A DNA stretch of 63,004 nt, filler included, from Octopus bimaculoides (GCF_001194135.2; 6 parts of 5 records of this genome joined end to end with filler, not necessarily neighbours in it); one strand, 5' to 3'. Shown: positions 38,354-52,722, numbered from the whole stretch's first letter. Translations and numbers: made by a program. Notes: a model not told the origin generated them from the sequence alone.

Positions 38354-38656
38354 TCTCTTTTTCTCTCTCTCACTCACTCATTCTTTCTCCCTCTCAATCT
38401 TTATCTCTCTTCTTGTAATAATTATAATAACATAGATAGATAGACAGATAGATAGATAGATAGATAGATAGAGGAATGGATGGAGGAATGGATGAATAGA
38501 GAATAAGAGAGTGTGAGAAAGATTTTGACACGCAGACTGATCAATCGATTGCTCGAGGGGGGAGAGAGGAAGGAGAGAGGAAGGAGAGAGAAAGAGAGAG
38601 AGAGAGGAGAGAGAAAGGGAGAGAGAGAGAGAGAAAGAGAAAGGGAGAGAGAGAAA

Positions 38657-39785
38657 GTCGGACAAAATAATAAAAACACCTTAAATGGAAGTTTTGTTAT
38701 TTATTACGGAGTTGGTCCACCTTTGGCATCAATCATGTATTAATACGTCAAGAAATTGATTTCCACTGGTTCTGAACGATTGTTAGAGGAATTTTGAGCC
38801 ATTCTTCAAGTAAAACCTGCTTTAGCTCCATCAGCGACGATGGCAGAGGGGAGTGGCGCCGCATTGGCTGCTCCAAATTGTTCCATAAATTTTCGATTAT
38901 ACTGAGATCCGGTGATTGTGGCGTTTCCAATCCAAATGGACTACTTCATTTTATGCACTTCATATATTGTTTGAATAGCTGTGTGGATCAGCTGTGTGGA
39001 TCCGCCAGCTATCGTCCTGAAAGATTAGACTATCACGAAGAAACAATATTTGTACCACAGGATGGATATGATAAGTCAAAATAGATCTACTAGAGGGCCA
39101 AGCGAATTCCTTGATACAGCAGCCCAAATCATCACAGAGCTTCATGCTTCACAATAAGTGCCAAACTGTCAGTGATGAAGGTTTCTTTGAACCGTCACCA
39201 GGTTTAAATTTACCCCGAAGTAGGAAAAAAGATAAATTATGGTACATCAGAGAAGATGACATTGTTCCTTTGAGTCATTGATCATTTCTGATCATCTTGA
39301 CACCAAGTGTTAGCTCATCAACAAGTGTTGATAGGAGACTGTAGTTTAGCAATTGCAGCCCTTCTGTGGTATCGACCTTTATGGAACTCAAGACGAAGGT
39401 TTTGGTTGATACAGAGGTGGTAAGGTGGAGCTTTAGCTCTGTTGTCACGTTTTCCACTATAGTTAGATGGTTTTTAGATAGTACGTTTCACTATTCTACA
39501 GTATCACTTTATGATCCTTGCCTTCCTAACAGAATAATGTTTCCCAGAGCAAGTTTTGCCTTAGTTTTGTCATGTCAATATGATTTTAGAGACTGTACCT
39601 CTCAAAGCAATAAACAATCCAGCAGTTTTAAGGATTTGGATGCAAGCCGCCTGCGCTCCAACAATATGTCTGCTTTGGAAATCAGAAAGGACAAACATTT
39701 TAACTTATTTAAATATAAATATCTGTAGAAGAAAATAAGGAAAACTAGGAGGGCTATATCATGAAGTATAAGGGTATCCATAATG
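38657..39785 (-). mobile_element. Tc1-like (DD34E-type) transposon remnant
   Basis: PQSPDLSIIENLW...EEWLKIPL, HPVVQILF....FQDD and VSTKT motifs; TIR-like GTCGGACAAAATAATAAAAACACC at 38657. Confidence 0.85.
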
Positions 39786-39819
39786 CACGTGAACATGCAC
39801 ACACACATACATACATACA

Positions 39820-39851
<32 letters not shown>

Positions 39852-40326
39852 CACATACACATACATATATATAAACAATAAATTAAATAGAGAGATTCAA
39901 TTGACAATCTAATAATTTATTTATATTATAATATAACATAATATACTATAAATATAATATAAGATACGATAATATAAAAAAAAAAATTTTTAAACCAAAA
40001 AAGCCAACAATCTGTTTCGACTATATACATTATTTCATCTATAAACAATTCGCATCCATTTATATAAGTCTCTTCAGAGCTTTGGTTCAAAAGACAGACG
40101 AAATTCCGAGTGAAAGGACGGCTGCATTGTAAAAAAATTAAGTCAAATACCTATGTTTAGGAGCATGAGCGTTAACTTTTCAAATCTATACCAATTGCAA
40201 AANNNNNNNNNNNNNNNNNNNNNNNNNNNNNNNNNNNNNNNNNNNNTTAATTAATTAANNNNNNNNNNNNNNNNNNNNNNNNNNNNNNNNNNNNNNNNNN
40301 NNTCCGAGTTCGATTCCAGGCAGTGA

Positions 40327-40388
<62 letters not shown>

Positions 40389-40392
<4 letters not shown>

Positions 40393-40463
40393 TCACTGCC
40401 TGGAATCGAACTCGGAATCTTGGGGTTAGTAGCCCGCGCTCCTAACCACTATGCCATATGCCC
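40389..40463 (-). mobile_element. tRNA-derived SINE head with Pol III A and B boxes
   Basis: Minus strand GGGCATA-TGGCATAGTGG(A box)-ttaggagcgcgggctactaaccccaagattcc-GAGTTCGATTCC(B box)-aggcagtgacctg-(AAT)n; cloverleaf stems broken. Confidence 0.85.
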
Positions 40464-40508
40464 TCGAGCCTGAATAACAACATCAACAACAACAACAGCA
40501 ACAACATC

Positions 40509-40566
<58 letters not shown>

Positions 40567-40609
40567 TCGAAAAATAGGAATGAGAACCCAGATTGGAAAT
40601 TTCCCCAAG

Positions 40610-40653
40610 ACACCTGAAGAAGGCTGGAGGGTATATCAACCGAAACGTTGTGT
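40610..40653 (+). ncRNA. Minimal type I hammerhead ribozyme-like motif (PLE-type, dimer-competent)
   Basis: acac-CTGAAGA-a[ggctg]gagggtatat[caacc]-GAAA-cg-TT-gtgt: stem I acac/gtgt, stem II with one mismatch, palindromic ACGT stem III, UU site. Confidence 0.65.
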
Positions 40654-41390
40654 TAATATCAAACAAGATGAAGACAAATATCTGTCGAATGTAAATAATG
40701 AACATAATTCCTAATCTCTAAAATATGGAACTTAGAATTTCTGTTTCCATTTTAGAAAATTTGTTCTTCTCAGCAAGAACGTAGTTGAGGTCATTTAGAA
40801 ACCTTAGTGAAGCCTTACGGCAGGAGCATTAGAGTTGAAAGTCATGGGAAGGAATATAACAGATGTTACACGGATGGTTGTCTAACCAAGAAAGAGAAGT
40901 CAGATTTGGTGCAATACCTGTCAAGTGGAAGGAGAGGAAAGAGGTAAGGGCAGAGGAATTGAAGAATTAGGGTGGGATGAGAAAAACAGAAAGAGAAAGG
41001 AAAGGGACGGTTTGAGGTAAAAGAGGAGGGAAATAGTGAGAAGGCAAAGAAATGTGAGACAGGGGAGGAGAGAGGAACAGAAAAGTGAAAAGAACGAAGA
41101 AATTGTGAAGGGGTAAGCCCTAACGCTTCACTTCCACACACACCAGCATAATTTAAGTCGTCCTTCGTCGAAAGACACCTCTTGTTAATGTCTTGTTGTT
41201 TATATTTGTAACTGTGTACCATTCTCCGTTTATTTGCGTCCTTGTTTTCGTATGCATTCGAATCAAGTGCTCTTAGCTTAGATGTTCTTGGGGCCGGCCA
41301 GAGTGGAGCAGTCTCGAGTGTAACCGGCCGAAACAGCAACGACGATCAGGAACACATGAATATATATAAAATATATATGAATATATATAA

Positions 41391-41422
<32 letters not shown>

Positions 41423-42039
41423 NNNNNNNNNNNNNNNNNNNNNNNNNNNNNNNNNNNNNNNNNNNNNNNNNNNNNNNNNNNNNNNNNNNNNNNNNNNNNN
41501 NNNNNNNNNNNNNNNNNNNNNNNNNNNNNNNNNNNNNNNNNNNNNNNNNNNNNNNNNNNNNNNNNNNNNNNNNNNNNNNNNNNNNNNNNNNNNNNNNNNN
41601 NNNNNNNNNNNNNNNNNNNNNNNNNNNNNNNNNNNNNNNNNNNNNNNNNNNNNNNNNNNNNNNNNNNNNNNNNNNNNNNNNNNNNNNNNNNNNNNNNNNN
41701 NNNNNNNNNNNNNNNNNNNNNNNNNNNNNNNNNNNNNNNNNNNNNNNNNNNNNNNNNNNNNNNNNNNNNNNNNNNNNNNNNNNNNNNNNNNNNNNNNNNN
41801 NNNNNNNNNNNNNNNNNNNNNNNNNNNNNNNNNNNNNNNNNNNNNNNNNNNNNNNNNNNNNNNNNNNNNNNNNNNNNNNNNNNNNNNNNNNNNNNNNNNN
41901 NNNNNNNNNNNNNNNNNNNNNNNNNNNNNNNNNNNNNNNNNNNNNNNNNNNNNNNNNNNNNNNNNNNNNNNNNNNNNNNNNNNNNNNNNNNNNNNNNNNN
42001 NNNNNNNNNNNNNNNNNNNNNNNNNNNNNNNNNNNNNNN

Positions 42040-43930
42040 CTCATGCGGCGGAGAATAAATATCTCGAATCGTTTAAACAAACACCTTAATGACAGTGTGA
42101 AATTCCACCTGACAGAGAAACTCTTTGAGATAAAAAAATAAACTCAAATCCTCCCAAGAAAAAAGAAAGAGAAGAAAGAGAAACCTGGGCAGTCGAAAAT
42201 ATAAAAAGAAATCCTAAAGCTTTCTATACGTTGGCAAAGGAGTCTGCCTCAGCACGCTATATGATAGGGCCCCTATTTGGTAAAAACTACTTGCTAACTG
42301 CAGACCTGGGGGAAGATAAGTGAAGCACTAAATAAACAATTCCGAAGTGTTTTCACTTCCCCACTGGAATATATACAAATAAACAAGTCGAAGGAGTTTT
42401 GCAATGTAATGAATCTATTCGGAAAAGAGACAACTATCGATTACATCAGCATAACAGAAAGCTTTACGATCCCAGAGGATGTAATATCGGCCATTGATGA
42501 GATGGGATCAGAATCAACGACAGGCCCAGATGCACTCTCGGCTGTTCTCTTAAAGACATGCAAAATGTCTCTTGCAAAGCCACTGTAGATACTCTTTCAG
42601 AGTTTTCTTGCACGTGGTAAACCTCCTAACATGCTAAAAGAGGGTATAATATGCCCTGTCGATAAAGGAGGGAGCAGAGCAAATGCTAAAAACTACAGGT
42701 CCGTCTCTCTTTGACCAGTTAATGAAGCAACAGCTAAACCAGTCAGTTGTAGACGTGGTGTACCTCGAATTTGCCAAGGCCTTCGACAATGTTGATCATG
42801 GCATATGTCACAACCTGCGAAACCTTAGTATTACCGGAACTGGGAGAGTGGCTGCATGAATTTCTGAAGGGCAGGAGTCAGACAGTTGTAGCTAATAGTG
42901 CTCACTCTGAAGAGACACCAGTTCTCAGCGGAGTCCCACAGGCAACTGTACTGGGGCCGCTACTATTTGTGGTGGCCCTCTCAGACATGCCCGCCGCAGT
43001 ACAGTCAGACGATCTGACCAGTTATGCTGACGGCATCAATGTATCGCAGGCAGTTAGGAACCCAGAGGACATCATAAAACTGCAGAAAGACCTGAACTAA
43101 ACTACAAATGGGCTAACAAAAATAGCATGCAGTTCAATGCTATGAAATTTCAGGCACCCCACTATCGGTCCAACACCAGGCTAAAATCGGAATAAATTGG
43201 ACCGAGGGTAATACGATCCCAGAGTCAGAGTCGGTGTGTGACCTTGGGGTTCACATGAGCAATTATTCAACATTCCATGTGCATATTACCAAGATGGCAA
43301 TATTGTGCAGGCGAGAAGGCTGGATGGATTCTGGGGACATTCAGAACCAGGAAAAGAGAGGCCCTGCTACTCCTATGGAAGACGTTCGTCCTCAGCTGCT
43401 AGGACAACTGATCCCAACTATGTTCTCAAGAGAATGTGAAACAAACTGTGGATCTCGAAGCAATCCAGTGCCAATACACAAAGAAGATTGATTCGATGAA
43501 AGAGATGGGCTACTGGGAGAGGCTAAAGGTGCTGAGTTTCTATTCCTTGAAGAGAAGACGAAAGAGATATGCGGTGATATACATTTGGAAGATCTGGGAA
43601 GGTTTAGGTCTCTATTTTGGAATTGACAGCTATACCAATCCTCTAACTATGTAGCACTGCATCAGACCAAACATCCCAGATTCCCAATCTAAACTAAGGA
43701 CACAGTACTGTAATACTCTGGGTTCCAATGGCTCGCAGTTGTTCAACATCCTTCCAGGCAAGATTCCAGATCTACATGGAATTGATGTGGAGGTTATCTA
43801 TCAGCTTTCTATCTGAGATACTAGATGAACCCACAAAGCGGCAGGAGACGCAGAGAAGAGACACTAGAGCTGAGGTCATGCACCTGCATAACTTCAGCCC
43901 TTGGCTGAAACCAGTAAAATATAAGAGATC
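42040..43930 (+). mobile_element. CR1-superfamily LINE ORF2 (reverse transcriptase) remnant
   Basis: WAVENIKRNPKAFY, GPDALSAVLLK...LAKPL, KGGSRANAKNYRSVSL, VDVVYLEFAKAFDNVDH, SGVPQATVLGPLLF, YADG (from YADD), CDLGVHM; stops, frameshifts and a deletion near 42715. Confidence 0.92.
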
Positions 43931-43932
43931 AA

Positions 43933-43996
<64 letters not shown>

Positions 43997-44053
43997 TATA
44001 TATACATATTTTTATATTTATTATATATGTATATATATATATATATTTATTTA

Positions 44054-44095
<42 letters not shown>

Positions 44096-44179
44096 AGTGT
44101 ATAAATATAAATATTTATATGTATTTATATGTATATATATATATACATATGATGGGGAAAGGCATTATTTGTTCACTAG

Positions 44180-44500
44180 CACCCGTTGACAACTGGTGTT
44201 GATTTGTTTGTGAGCGGTTCGGTAAATGAGAAATGACAGGATAAGTACGAGACTTTAAAAAATAAGTACTGAGGTTGATTAATTTGACTAAGCCCTTCAG
44301 GACGCTGCCCCAGTATAGTCTTAGTCCAAGTAATGGTGTTGACTTATTCGAGTGATACTATTCATAAGAGACAGATGAAATAAGTTCATAAGTTTAATAA
44401 CAGCCGAGTACTGGCGTCAATTCGTTCGACTAAAAATCTGCGAGGTAATGCCCCAGCATGGCCGCGATCCAATGACTAAATCACGCAGAAGATAAAAGAA
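44180..44500 (+). mobile_element. Two tandem 3' halves of SINE family A
   Basis: ataagtac...gccccagtatag and agtactggcgtcaattcgttcgactaa...gccccagcatggccgc...atgactaaa, reverse-complementary to 51681-51830. Confidence 0.7.
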
Positions 44501-44839
44501 CAAGTTAATCATTAATTAACACACTGACTGCAAAAATGAAAGCAGACGATACCAACGGCGAAGTTATAATTATCGGTTTAACGCAAAATACGGTCCAATC
44601 GAGAGTTTTTTGAAAATCTCAAATTAGGGGCAGGTATTATAAAAACAGACGTGATAATTACACAGATACAATTATAAATAGAAGACAATGTATTGATCGT
44701 GTCATTATTTTAGTCTGGTTATTAACAGATCAGGTTATTATAGCAATTACTCGGTCCGAATTGCTCAAAATTATTCAGGGAGTGTGTTATATGTGTGTTA
44801 AAAACTGACATGAAATGTATGCCATTATTAAAGAAATTT

Positions 44840-45085
44840 AAGACGGCGAGCTGGCAGAATCGTTCGCACGCCGGACAAATTGCTTAGCGGCATTTCTTTC
44901 GGCTCTTAACATTTTGAGCTGAAATTGCATCGAGATTTACAATGCGGCGTTTTTTTGGTTATATACTCTGATTTCAAATTCCTCTCGGGCCCCCTTTGCT
45001 TTAGGCACCAATAAAGTAAGTACCATTTGAGCACAGGGATCGTTGTAATTGACTGGCTCACTGCTGCCGAAATTTCAGGTTTTGC
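44840..45085 (+). mobile_element. SINE family B copy with a partial internal duplication
   Basis: aagacggcgagctggcagaatcgtt...; the B-box region appears twice (tgagctgaaattgc, tgatttcaaattcc). Confidence 0.8.
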
Positions 45086-45091
45086 AGGATT

Positions 45092-46103
<1,012 letters not shown>

Positions 46104-46275
46104 AAGGCGGCGAGCTGGCACGAAGACACTGAGCGGCATTTCTTCGGACTTTACGCTCTGGAGGTCAACTTTACTTCTCTTCATCTCGGGGTCAATAAAA
46201 GAAGTACCTACTGAGCACTGGTTTCGATGTAGCCCCTACAAACAAAATTTCCAACCTTGTGCCTATAACAGAAAG
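46104..46275 (+). mobile_element. SINE family B copy (internally deleted)
   Basis: aaggcggcgagctggca...tcggggtcaataaaagaagtacc...ccttgtgcctataacagaaag. Confidence 0.8.
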
Positions 46276-46345
46276 AAATATTTTTTATAATTTGCCATCT
46301 TCAATTTGGTTTACATACTTGTGCTCGCCTATAGTCAAGATAATC

Positions 46346-46549
46346 CTTTCTACTAAAGGGAAAAAGGCCTCAAATTTGAGAAGGAGAGAGCTAGTCCATT
46401 ACACTGACCCTAGTGTACAATTTATCGACCCCGAAAGGATAAAAGACAAAGAAGACCTCGGCGAAATTTGAACTCAGAACGTAGTGGCGGGCGAAATACC
46501 GCTAAGCATTTCCTCCAGCGTGCTATCGATTGTGCCAGCTCGCTGTCTT
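46346..46549 (-). mobile_element. SINE family B copy
   Basis: Colinear with 5533-5737. Confidence 0.85.
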
Positions 46550-46569
46550 ACGAATGTTAGATAATGACC

Positions 46570-47190
46570 CAAAGAGGACGTGAATACAAGCGGCCAAGAG
46601 GGGGTTCCTCCGCAGACTGAAAGATCGGTACTCTCGAGAAAATCTTCGTGTTTCATTCTACATTTTAGTGGATCATCAATGAAACATGTTCAGAAGTTTA
46701 AATATCTCGGGGCCGTATGCATGAGTGACGAAAAGCAAGAATCTGGATTGGGTACAAGAAGTGCATGTGCTGGTGCAGTAATACGACACCTCCAGTGCTC
46801 CTTCCTGAGAAGAGAATAGGGGTTGATAAAAACAATATGAAGGCCACACCTACTGTCTTAAATCCAGTTTAACTGCATTTTCTCACTTTTGATCATGTAT
46901 GTTGTGTAATGAAAGAATATGTATGATCGAAAATGCAAGCGACCGAAACTGGATTCCTCTCTAGGCTATGTGGTGTAACGTTACACGACAGGGCGCGTAA
47001 CTCGGAGAAAAGAGTCTCTGCAGGTCGAGGTGGTACTTCTCCGTATGGAGAGTCCATAGCTCCGGTACGACGGACATGTAAATATTATGTCACAGGAAAC
47101 AATTGCAAGACGGATGCTTCAAGCTGGGCCAGCTGACAAGAGATCTAGAGGTAGAACAAGAACGTGGTGTTTGGATAATATCCAGTGTTT
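46570..47190 (+). mobile_element. RTE-clade LINE 3' fragment
   Basis: KHVQKFKYLGAVCMSDEKQESGLGTR..CAGAVIRHL and MQATETGFLSRLCGVTLHDRARNSE match the RTE post-RT region KQVEKFKYLG...VQASEMRFLRRI.GVTL.DKVRSSE. Confidence 0.85.
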
Positions 47191-47519
47191 CTGTTGATCA
47201 TATTTAAGAAAATAGCCGGAAAATGTAATGACAGTTGTTCATGAAAGAATCCTATAAAGGAAACGCTTGAGGACTTTACTCATACAACTCTCCTAGGAAG
47301 AATGGGCAGAGAAGATGGATTGATAAATGAAGGCATTTCCTAAGATGTAAACTGCATATAAATGGATATAAATGTATAAAATATATATATTTGGTAGTAA
47401 GCATTCCGTTAATTTAAACTGCTGCATTATTTCGATAAGCTAGAATCTAAAAATGAAACATATTTAGAGCTAGTAATCTGACTAAAATATATTATTACCT
47501 TATAAAAGAACTTTTAGAA

Positions 47520-47748
47520 AAGAATGATAGGAAGCTTGCTCCTGAACAACATTATTTCGGGTTCAGTCCCACTACGTAGCACCTTGGCCAGAACCTTCTG
47601 CTATAGCCTCGTGAGCCTTGTGAGTGGATTTGATAGACAGAAACAGAGAAACCTGTCGTGTGTGTATATATACATACACACACGCACACACAAACACACA
47701 AATACACAAACACACACATATATATATATGCATATACATATATGTATG

Positions 47749-47787
<39 letters not shown>

Positions 47788-48126
47788 NNNNNNNNNNNNN
47801 NNNNNNNNNNNNNNNNNNNNNNNNNNNNNNNNNNNNNNNNNNNNNNNNNNNNNNNNNNNNNNNNNNNNNNNNNNNNNNNNNNNNNNNNNNNNNNNNNNNN
47901 NNNNNNNNNNNNNNNNNNNNNNNNNNNNNNNNNNNNNNNNNNNNNNNNNNNNNNNNNNNNNNNNNNNNNNNNNNNNNNNNNNNNNNNNNNNNNNNNNNNN
48001 NNNNNNNNNNNNNNNNNNNNNNNNNNNNNNNNNNNNNNNNNNNNNNNNNNNNNNNNNNNNNNNNNNNNNNNNNNNNNNNNNNNNNNNNNNNNNNNNNNNN
48101 NNNNNNNNNNNNNNNNNNNNNNNNNN

Positions 48127-48174
<48 letters not shown>

Positions 48175-48280
48175 TATGTGTGTATCTGTGTGTCTATAAT
48201 TATCCCCACATCACAGCTTGATTGCCAATGTTGGCGTGTTTACGTCCCATTAATTTAACCGTTCGGCTAAGTGGGCCTCA
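47520..48280 (+). mobile_element. SINE family A copy with an expanded internal microsatellite and gap
   Basis: Head gggttcagtcccactacgtagcaccttgg...gtgagtggattt at 47557-47640; body resumes gtgtttacgtccc...ccgttcggc at 48235. Confidence 0.75.
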
Positions 48281-49382
48281 CTTCGGTCAATTTTACTGTT
48301 CAACTATTTGTTGGAAATTGCGAAATGTTAGAGTAGGCGTTATTAAAACAGGCGAGACGTTGCATGATATAGACCGCAAATGCTTCTCATAATAAGTCTG
48401 ATCTATGTGGATTCAGCAAAATTTCGCAAACAACGGGAACATCAACAACGATAAACACAAAAAGTAATTCCACCTAATATATTGGAGCACACGACTGGGC
48501 CCATCAAATCGTAGTGCTGATATTCCATGAATAGAAAAATTTGCTTGAAATCGAAAAATGTTTAAAACTAGTAATCTGACAAAAACGTATTATTGTCTAA
48601 TTAAACGTCTATTACAAATCAACGCGAAATGTAAATTACGGCGAACATAAGTTATCACTTTGTTGCTTTATACTCATATATGTGTGCGGAAATATTCGTT
48701 GTTTTTACAAAATAATATCCATAATACTAGCAGAAAAAAGGTATCATTCCGACTAATTATACTATTTGTTAAAGTATTTGTTGAAAATAACGAAATGAGT
48801 GGGTTTGATTAAAACTGGTGATAAAAGTAGCCAGGTGGCTATTTACACATGGTAAAGAGAAATTAGTGAAAACAACAAAACTATATAGTGATAATTCGTA
48901 ATTAGCAGCAAAAGCAGTATTAATTTGAAATAATATTTTCTATATCTTAACGTAGATCTAGCGTAGGAAACCATAAATTTTGAGTATTCGTCTCGAGAAA
49001 GCATTTAGTGTGAACATTTAGAACTAAAAATCGCACAATTGAATGAGAAGCAGGTGGCAAGCGTTCAACAGCGGGCCCTGGGTATTGGTGCATTTTGACT
49101 TCTGCTTCTTCGAGCGTCAAATATCCATTTGCGATTGCATACTTAGAAAAAAAAAATTGCTTCTACTAATATAGAAAAACACTGATTAACCAATCCCTGA
49201 TAAGCTGAGTGAAAATTAGCTCCAAGTAACATTATGTATATCTTAGCGTGAATATATTGTAGACTACTGTAGAACTGCGACATTTGTCTTCTGATAACTT
49301 CTCATACGGACGTGCAATTATCAAGCGATGGTACAGGGTAAGTACAATCACAAAGATACACACACGTACACACACAAATATG

Positions 49383-49432
<50 letters not shown>

Positions 49433-49794
49433 TGTGTCAAATGGATGTGTTATAATATTACTCCGCACATACAATAACAGCTGTATCAACAATCCAGCAT
49501 ACCTCCAGCATAAGCTGCCCCACGGATATCACTATGGTTTCGACACCTGGGCAGTACCATTCAATCCGTTGCTGCCAACAGCACTAAAATAAGTGTTGTT
49601 TGGGAACAAACATACTATATATATCGCCACATTCATTCAATCTTAATTCTAGGAAGGATTAAACACTAACTTTATTAATTAAACTACAACAAAGAAACAC
49701 ATTTACCCTTTGTACAACAGTATCGGTAAATAAATTCAATAAGTAAACCAATAACTAACTCCTAAATTATGTACCAATAGCGACCAATCCTATA

Positions 49795-49960
49795 TATATA
49801 TACACGATGGCTTCTTTTCTTTGAGTTTCCGTCAGCAATATCGACTCACTACTAGTTTATGATCGACCCAGAGCTATAAAAGAAGGCACTTGCCCACCAA
49901 GGTACCACGCATTGGAACTGACTCGGAACTATATGTTTGAGAAAAATTAGAATATTAGGG
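49795..49960 (-). mobile_element. SINE family A head fragment (further fragments at ~22525-22620, 50165-50400, 50455-50545, 50935-51005, 54915-54954)
   Basis: gagctataaaagaaggcacttgccc..aaggtaccacgcattggaactgactcggaac matches 51975-52040. Confidence 0.7.
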
Positions 49961-51377
49961 TCAAGTAAGAGGTCTCTATAGAAACGAACCATTTGATCGG
50001 TTAGCTGGAAAAAGATGACATTGATAGCTAGATAGATAGCTAGATATTCCAAATATTTCTTTCTTTTTATATTAAATCTTGCTTTTCTATGCCTTAAAAC
50101 AATAATAAATACTGAATAAATTCATTTTATCAAGATACGCTGCCGAAAATTTAACTGTCAATTTTCCTGCTAAATTTCCGTAACTCAGTGGTTCGACAAA
50201 AGTGGCCAATATACTAAGTAGCAGCCATACAAAATAATCTGTGAGTTCGACTAAAAACTCTTTAAGGCGGTGCGCATGTATGCCTGAATTCCAACGAATG
50301 AAACACGTTAACGATAGAAGATGAAAACAAGGTTCGATTCAACTACGACCTTTAAAGGCAGGACACTGTCGCCGCAGTCCAATAAATGAAATAAGTAAAA
50401 GGTGAGTGCGGATGATGATTTCTTGGAGCTGTTTATTCGAAAAAGTCAACATCAGTACTTATCTTTTATCGTTTACTTGGTTAAGTCACTGGACTATGTC
50501 CATGCTGGGGCAACGCCTCGAAAGAGCTTAGTCGAATGACTACTTCATCATTTTTATACTGATCCTTTTATATGTGTGCGTTCATATTTACATATATGAC
50601 TGTGTGGTTTAAAACTAGCTTTTCTGCAACGTGGTTTCCTTTTCAGTCCCACCGCTAGGTTCCCTGGACAAGGGATTTCTAGTATATGCTAGAGTCGATG
50701 AAATAATTTTGAATGGATTTGCCATACGAAATTTTAAAAAATCATTGTGTGTATGCACGTGTGCACACGTATGCATTGTGCCTGTGTGTATGCATGTGTA
50801 CGTGCGTGTGTATGCGTGTATACATGTGCGCGTGTGTATGCATGTACACATGTGCGTGTGTGTGTGTGTGTACGTATGCGTGCATACGTGTGTGTTCGTA
50901 TGTGTGCGTATGTGTGTGTGTGTGTATCTTTTATGCTTCTGTCATTGAGCTACAGTCCTGCTGGGGCACAACTTTGAACGATTTCGTCGGACTAATCGAA
51001 TCCGGAAATAATTAATCACAGCTGGTAATTAGTATATTCCCTCTTCTGCCGAACCCCTATATTTACATGATGCAATCAAACCAATACCAGTTGTCAAATG
51101 GTGGTAGGGAACAAACGCAAACAGGAAATGAAAGGTACGTGCACGCACACACACATATACACACACACACATACACACACACGCACACATACACATACGC
51201 GCACGCACATGCCACTTTCTTCAGTTTCCGCATGCTAAATGCACTCACAAGGCATTTATCATCTTGAGGCCTTATTAAAGGATACTTGCCAAATATCATA
51301 CGCAATGGGACTCAACTAAAAATGAAACGGTTGGGAAGCACACAAGGACGCCTGCGCCTATATATATATATATATAT

Positions 51378-51424
<47 letters not shown>

Positions 51425-51680
51425 CAGAGAGAGACAGAGAGAGACAGAGAGAGAGAGAGAGAAAGAGAGAGATTTGCATAGTTATCATAAAGCATTATCG
51501 CAAGCATATGAACGTTTTAGGCAGTTTTCAGAGCAAAAACAATGCAACTTAGAAATTAAAAATCAGATAATAACATGTTGCCTCCTTAAATTTGCTAATG
51601 AAGACGTTGTAATCCTGAAATATTGAAATACCAGGTAATAGTACTAACCATCTGCAAATATTTTTAATTAACTAATATAT

Positions 51681-52053
51681 ACTCTTTTACTCTTTTACTT
51701 GTTTCAGTCATTTGACTGCGGCCATGCTGGAGCACCGCCTTTAGTCGAGCAAATCGACCCCAGGAATTATTCTTTGGAAGCCTAGTACTTATTCTATCGG
51801 TCTCTTATGCCGAACCGCTAGGTTACGGGGACGTAAACACACCAGCATCGGTTGTCAAGCGATGTAGGGGGACAAACACAGACACAAACATATACACACA
51901 TATATATATATACATATATACGACGGGCTTCTTTCAGTTTCTGTCTACCAAATCCACTCACAAGGCTTTGGTCGGCCCGAGGCTATAGTAGAAGACACTT
52001 GCCCAAGATGCCACGCAGTGGGAATGAACCCGGAACCATGTGGTTGGTAAGCA
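51681..52053 (-). mobile_element. tRNA-derived SINE family A, near-consensus young copy
   Basis: Minus strand: tRNA-like head (ggttccgggttcattcccactgcgtggc), internal (TA)/(TG) tract, and tail ...ccagcatggccgcagtcaaatgactgaaacaagtaaaagagtaaaagag. I recall this as the dominant Octopus SINE; not searched. Confidence 0.9.
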
Positions 52054-52679
52054 NNNNNNNNNNNNNNNNNNNNNNNNNNNNNNNNNNNNNNNNNNNNTTA
52101 ATTAATTAANNNNNNNNNNNNNNNNNNNNNNNNNNNNNNNNNNNNNNNNNNNNTATATATATATACATCAAAATACACAGATGCATACACACAGATAATC
52201 TACGTATATAGGTATATATTTGCAAGGCACAAATATATACATGAATACAAATTTATACATTTATACATACACACGCATTTAAGCTCGCGCACGAAAAAAC
52301 TTATACGTTGGTAACAAAAATTGTATCTTAACCTATGAAGTAGAGGGGGAAAGGGTACCGTATCGATAATAACGTTACTAATATAGAAAGGGAGAAAGTG
52401 TGGCTATCGTGAGGAAGGAAAGGAAGAAAGAAAGAAGGGAAGAAAGAAGTAGAGAGAGAAAATGAGCAAGAACGTATATAGTAAACCTACATAAAATTTA
52501 GACTGCGTATATATGTGTATACAAAAACACACACGAAATCATAACTGTATATGCACAAGTGTAAACCTAGGCCCTATATGTAAGCGTAGACGCACACATA
52601 CGAATAAAGCATATTACTCTACCTCTGGTATTTAAATATTCTTTTTTCCACCTTGTTGCACATTTTATGTGCTTACTCC

Positions 52680-52722
<43 letters not shown>

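Noticed and set aside
40389-40463. Possible tRNA gene
   Set aside because: A and B boxes are present, but the acceptor, anticodon and T stems do not pair; it is a SINE head.
41285-41340. GGCCGG...CCGGCC-GAAAC, a hammerhead stem II look-alike
   Set aside because: No CUGANGA and no stem I or III; at best a very decayed relic.
48310-48460. Possible Tc1 N-terminal remnant
   Set aside because: Needs several frameshifts for a weak match.
52601-52681. Segment resembling the tail of a pLTR-type repeat
   Set aside because: Recognised only from memory; no core motif or paralogue in this window.
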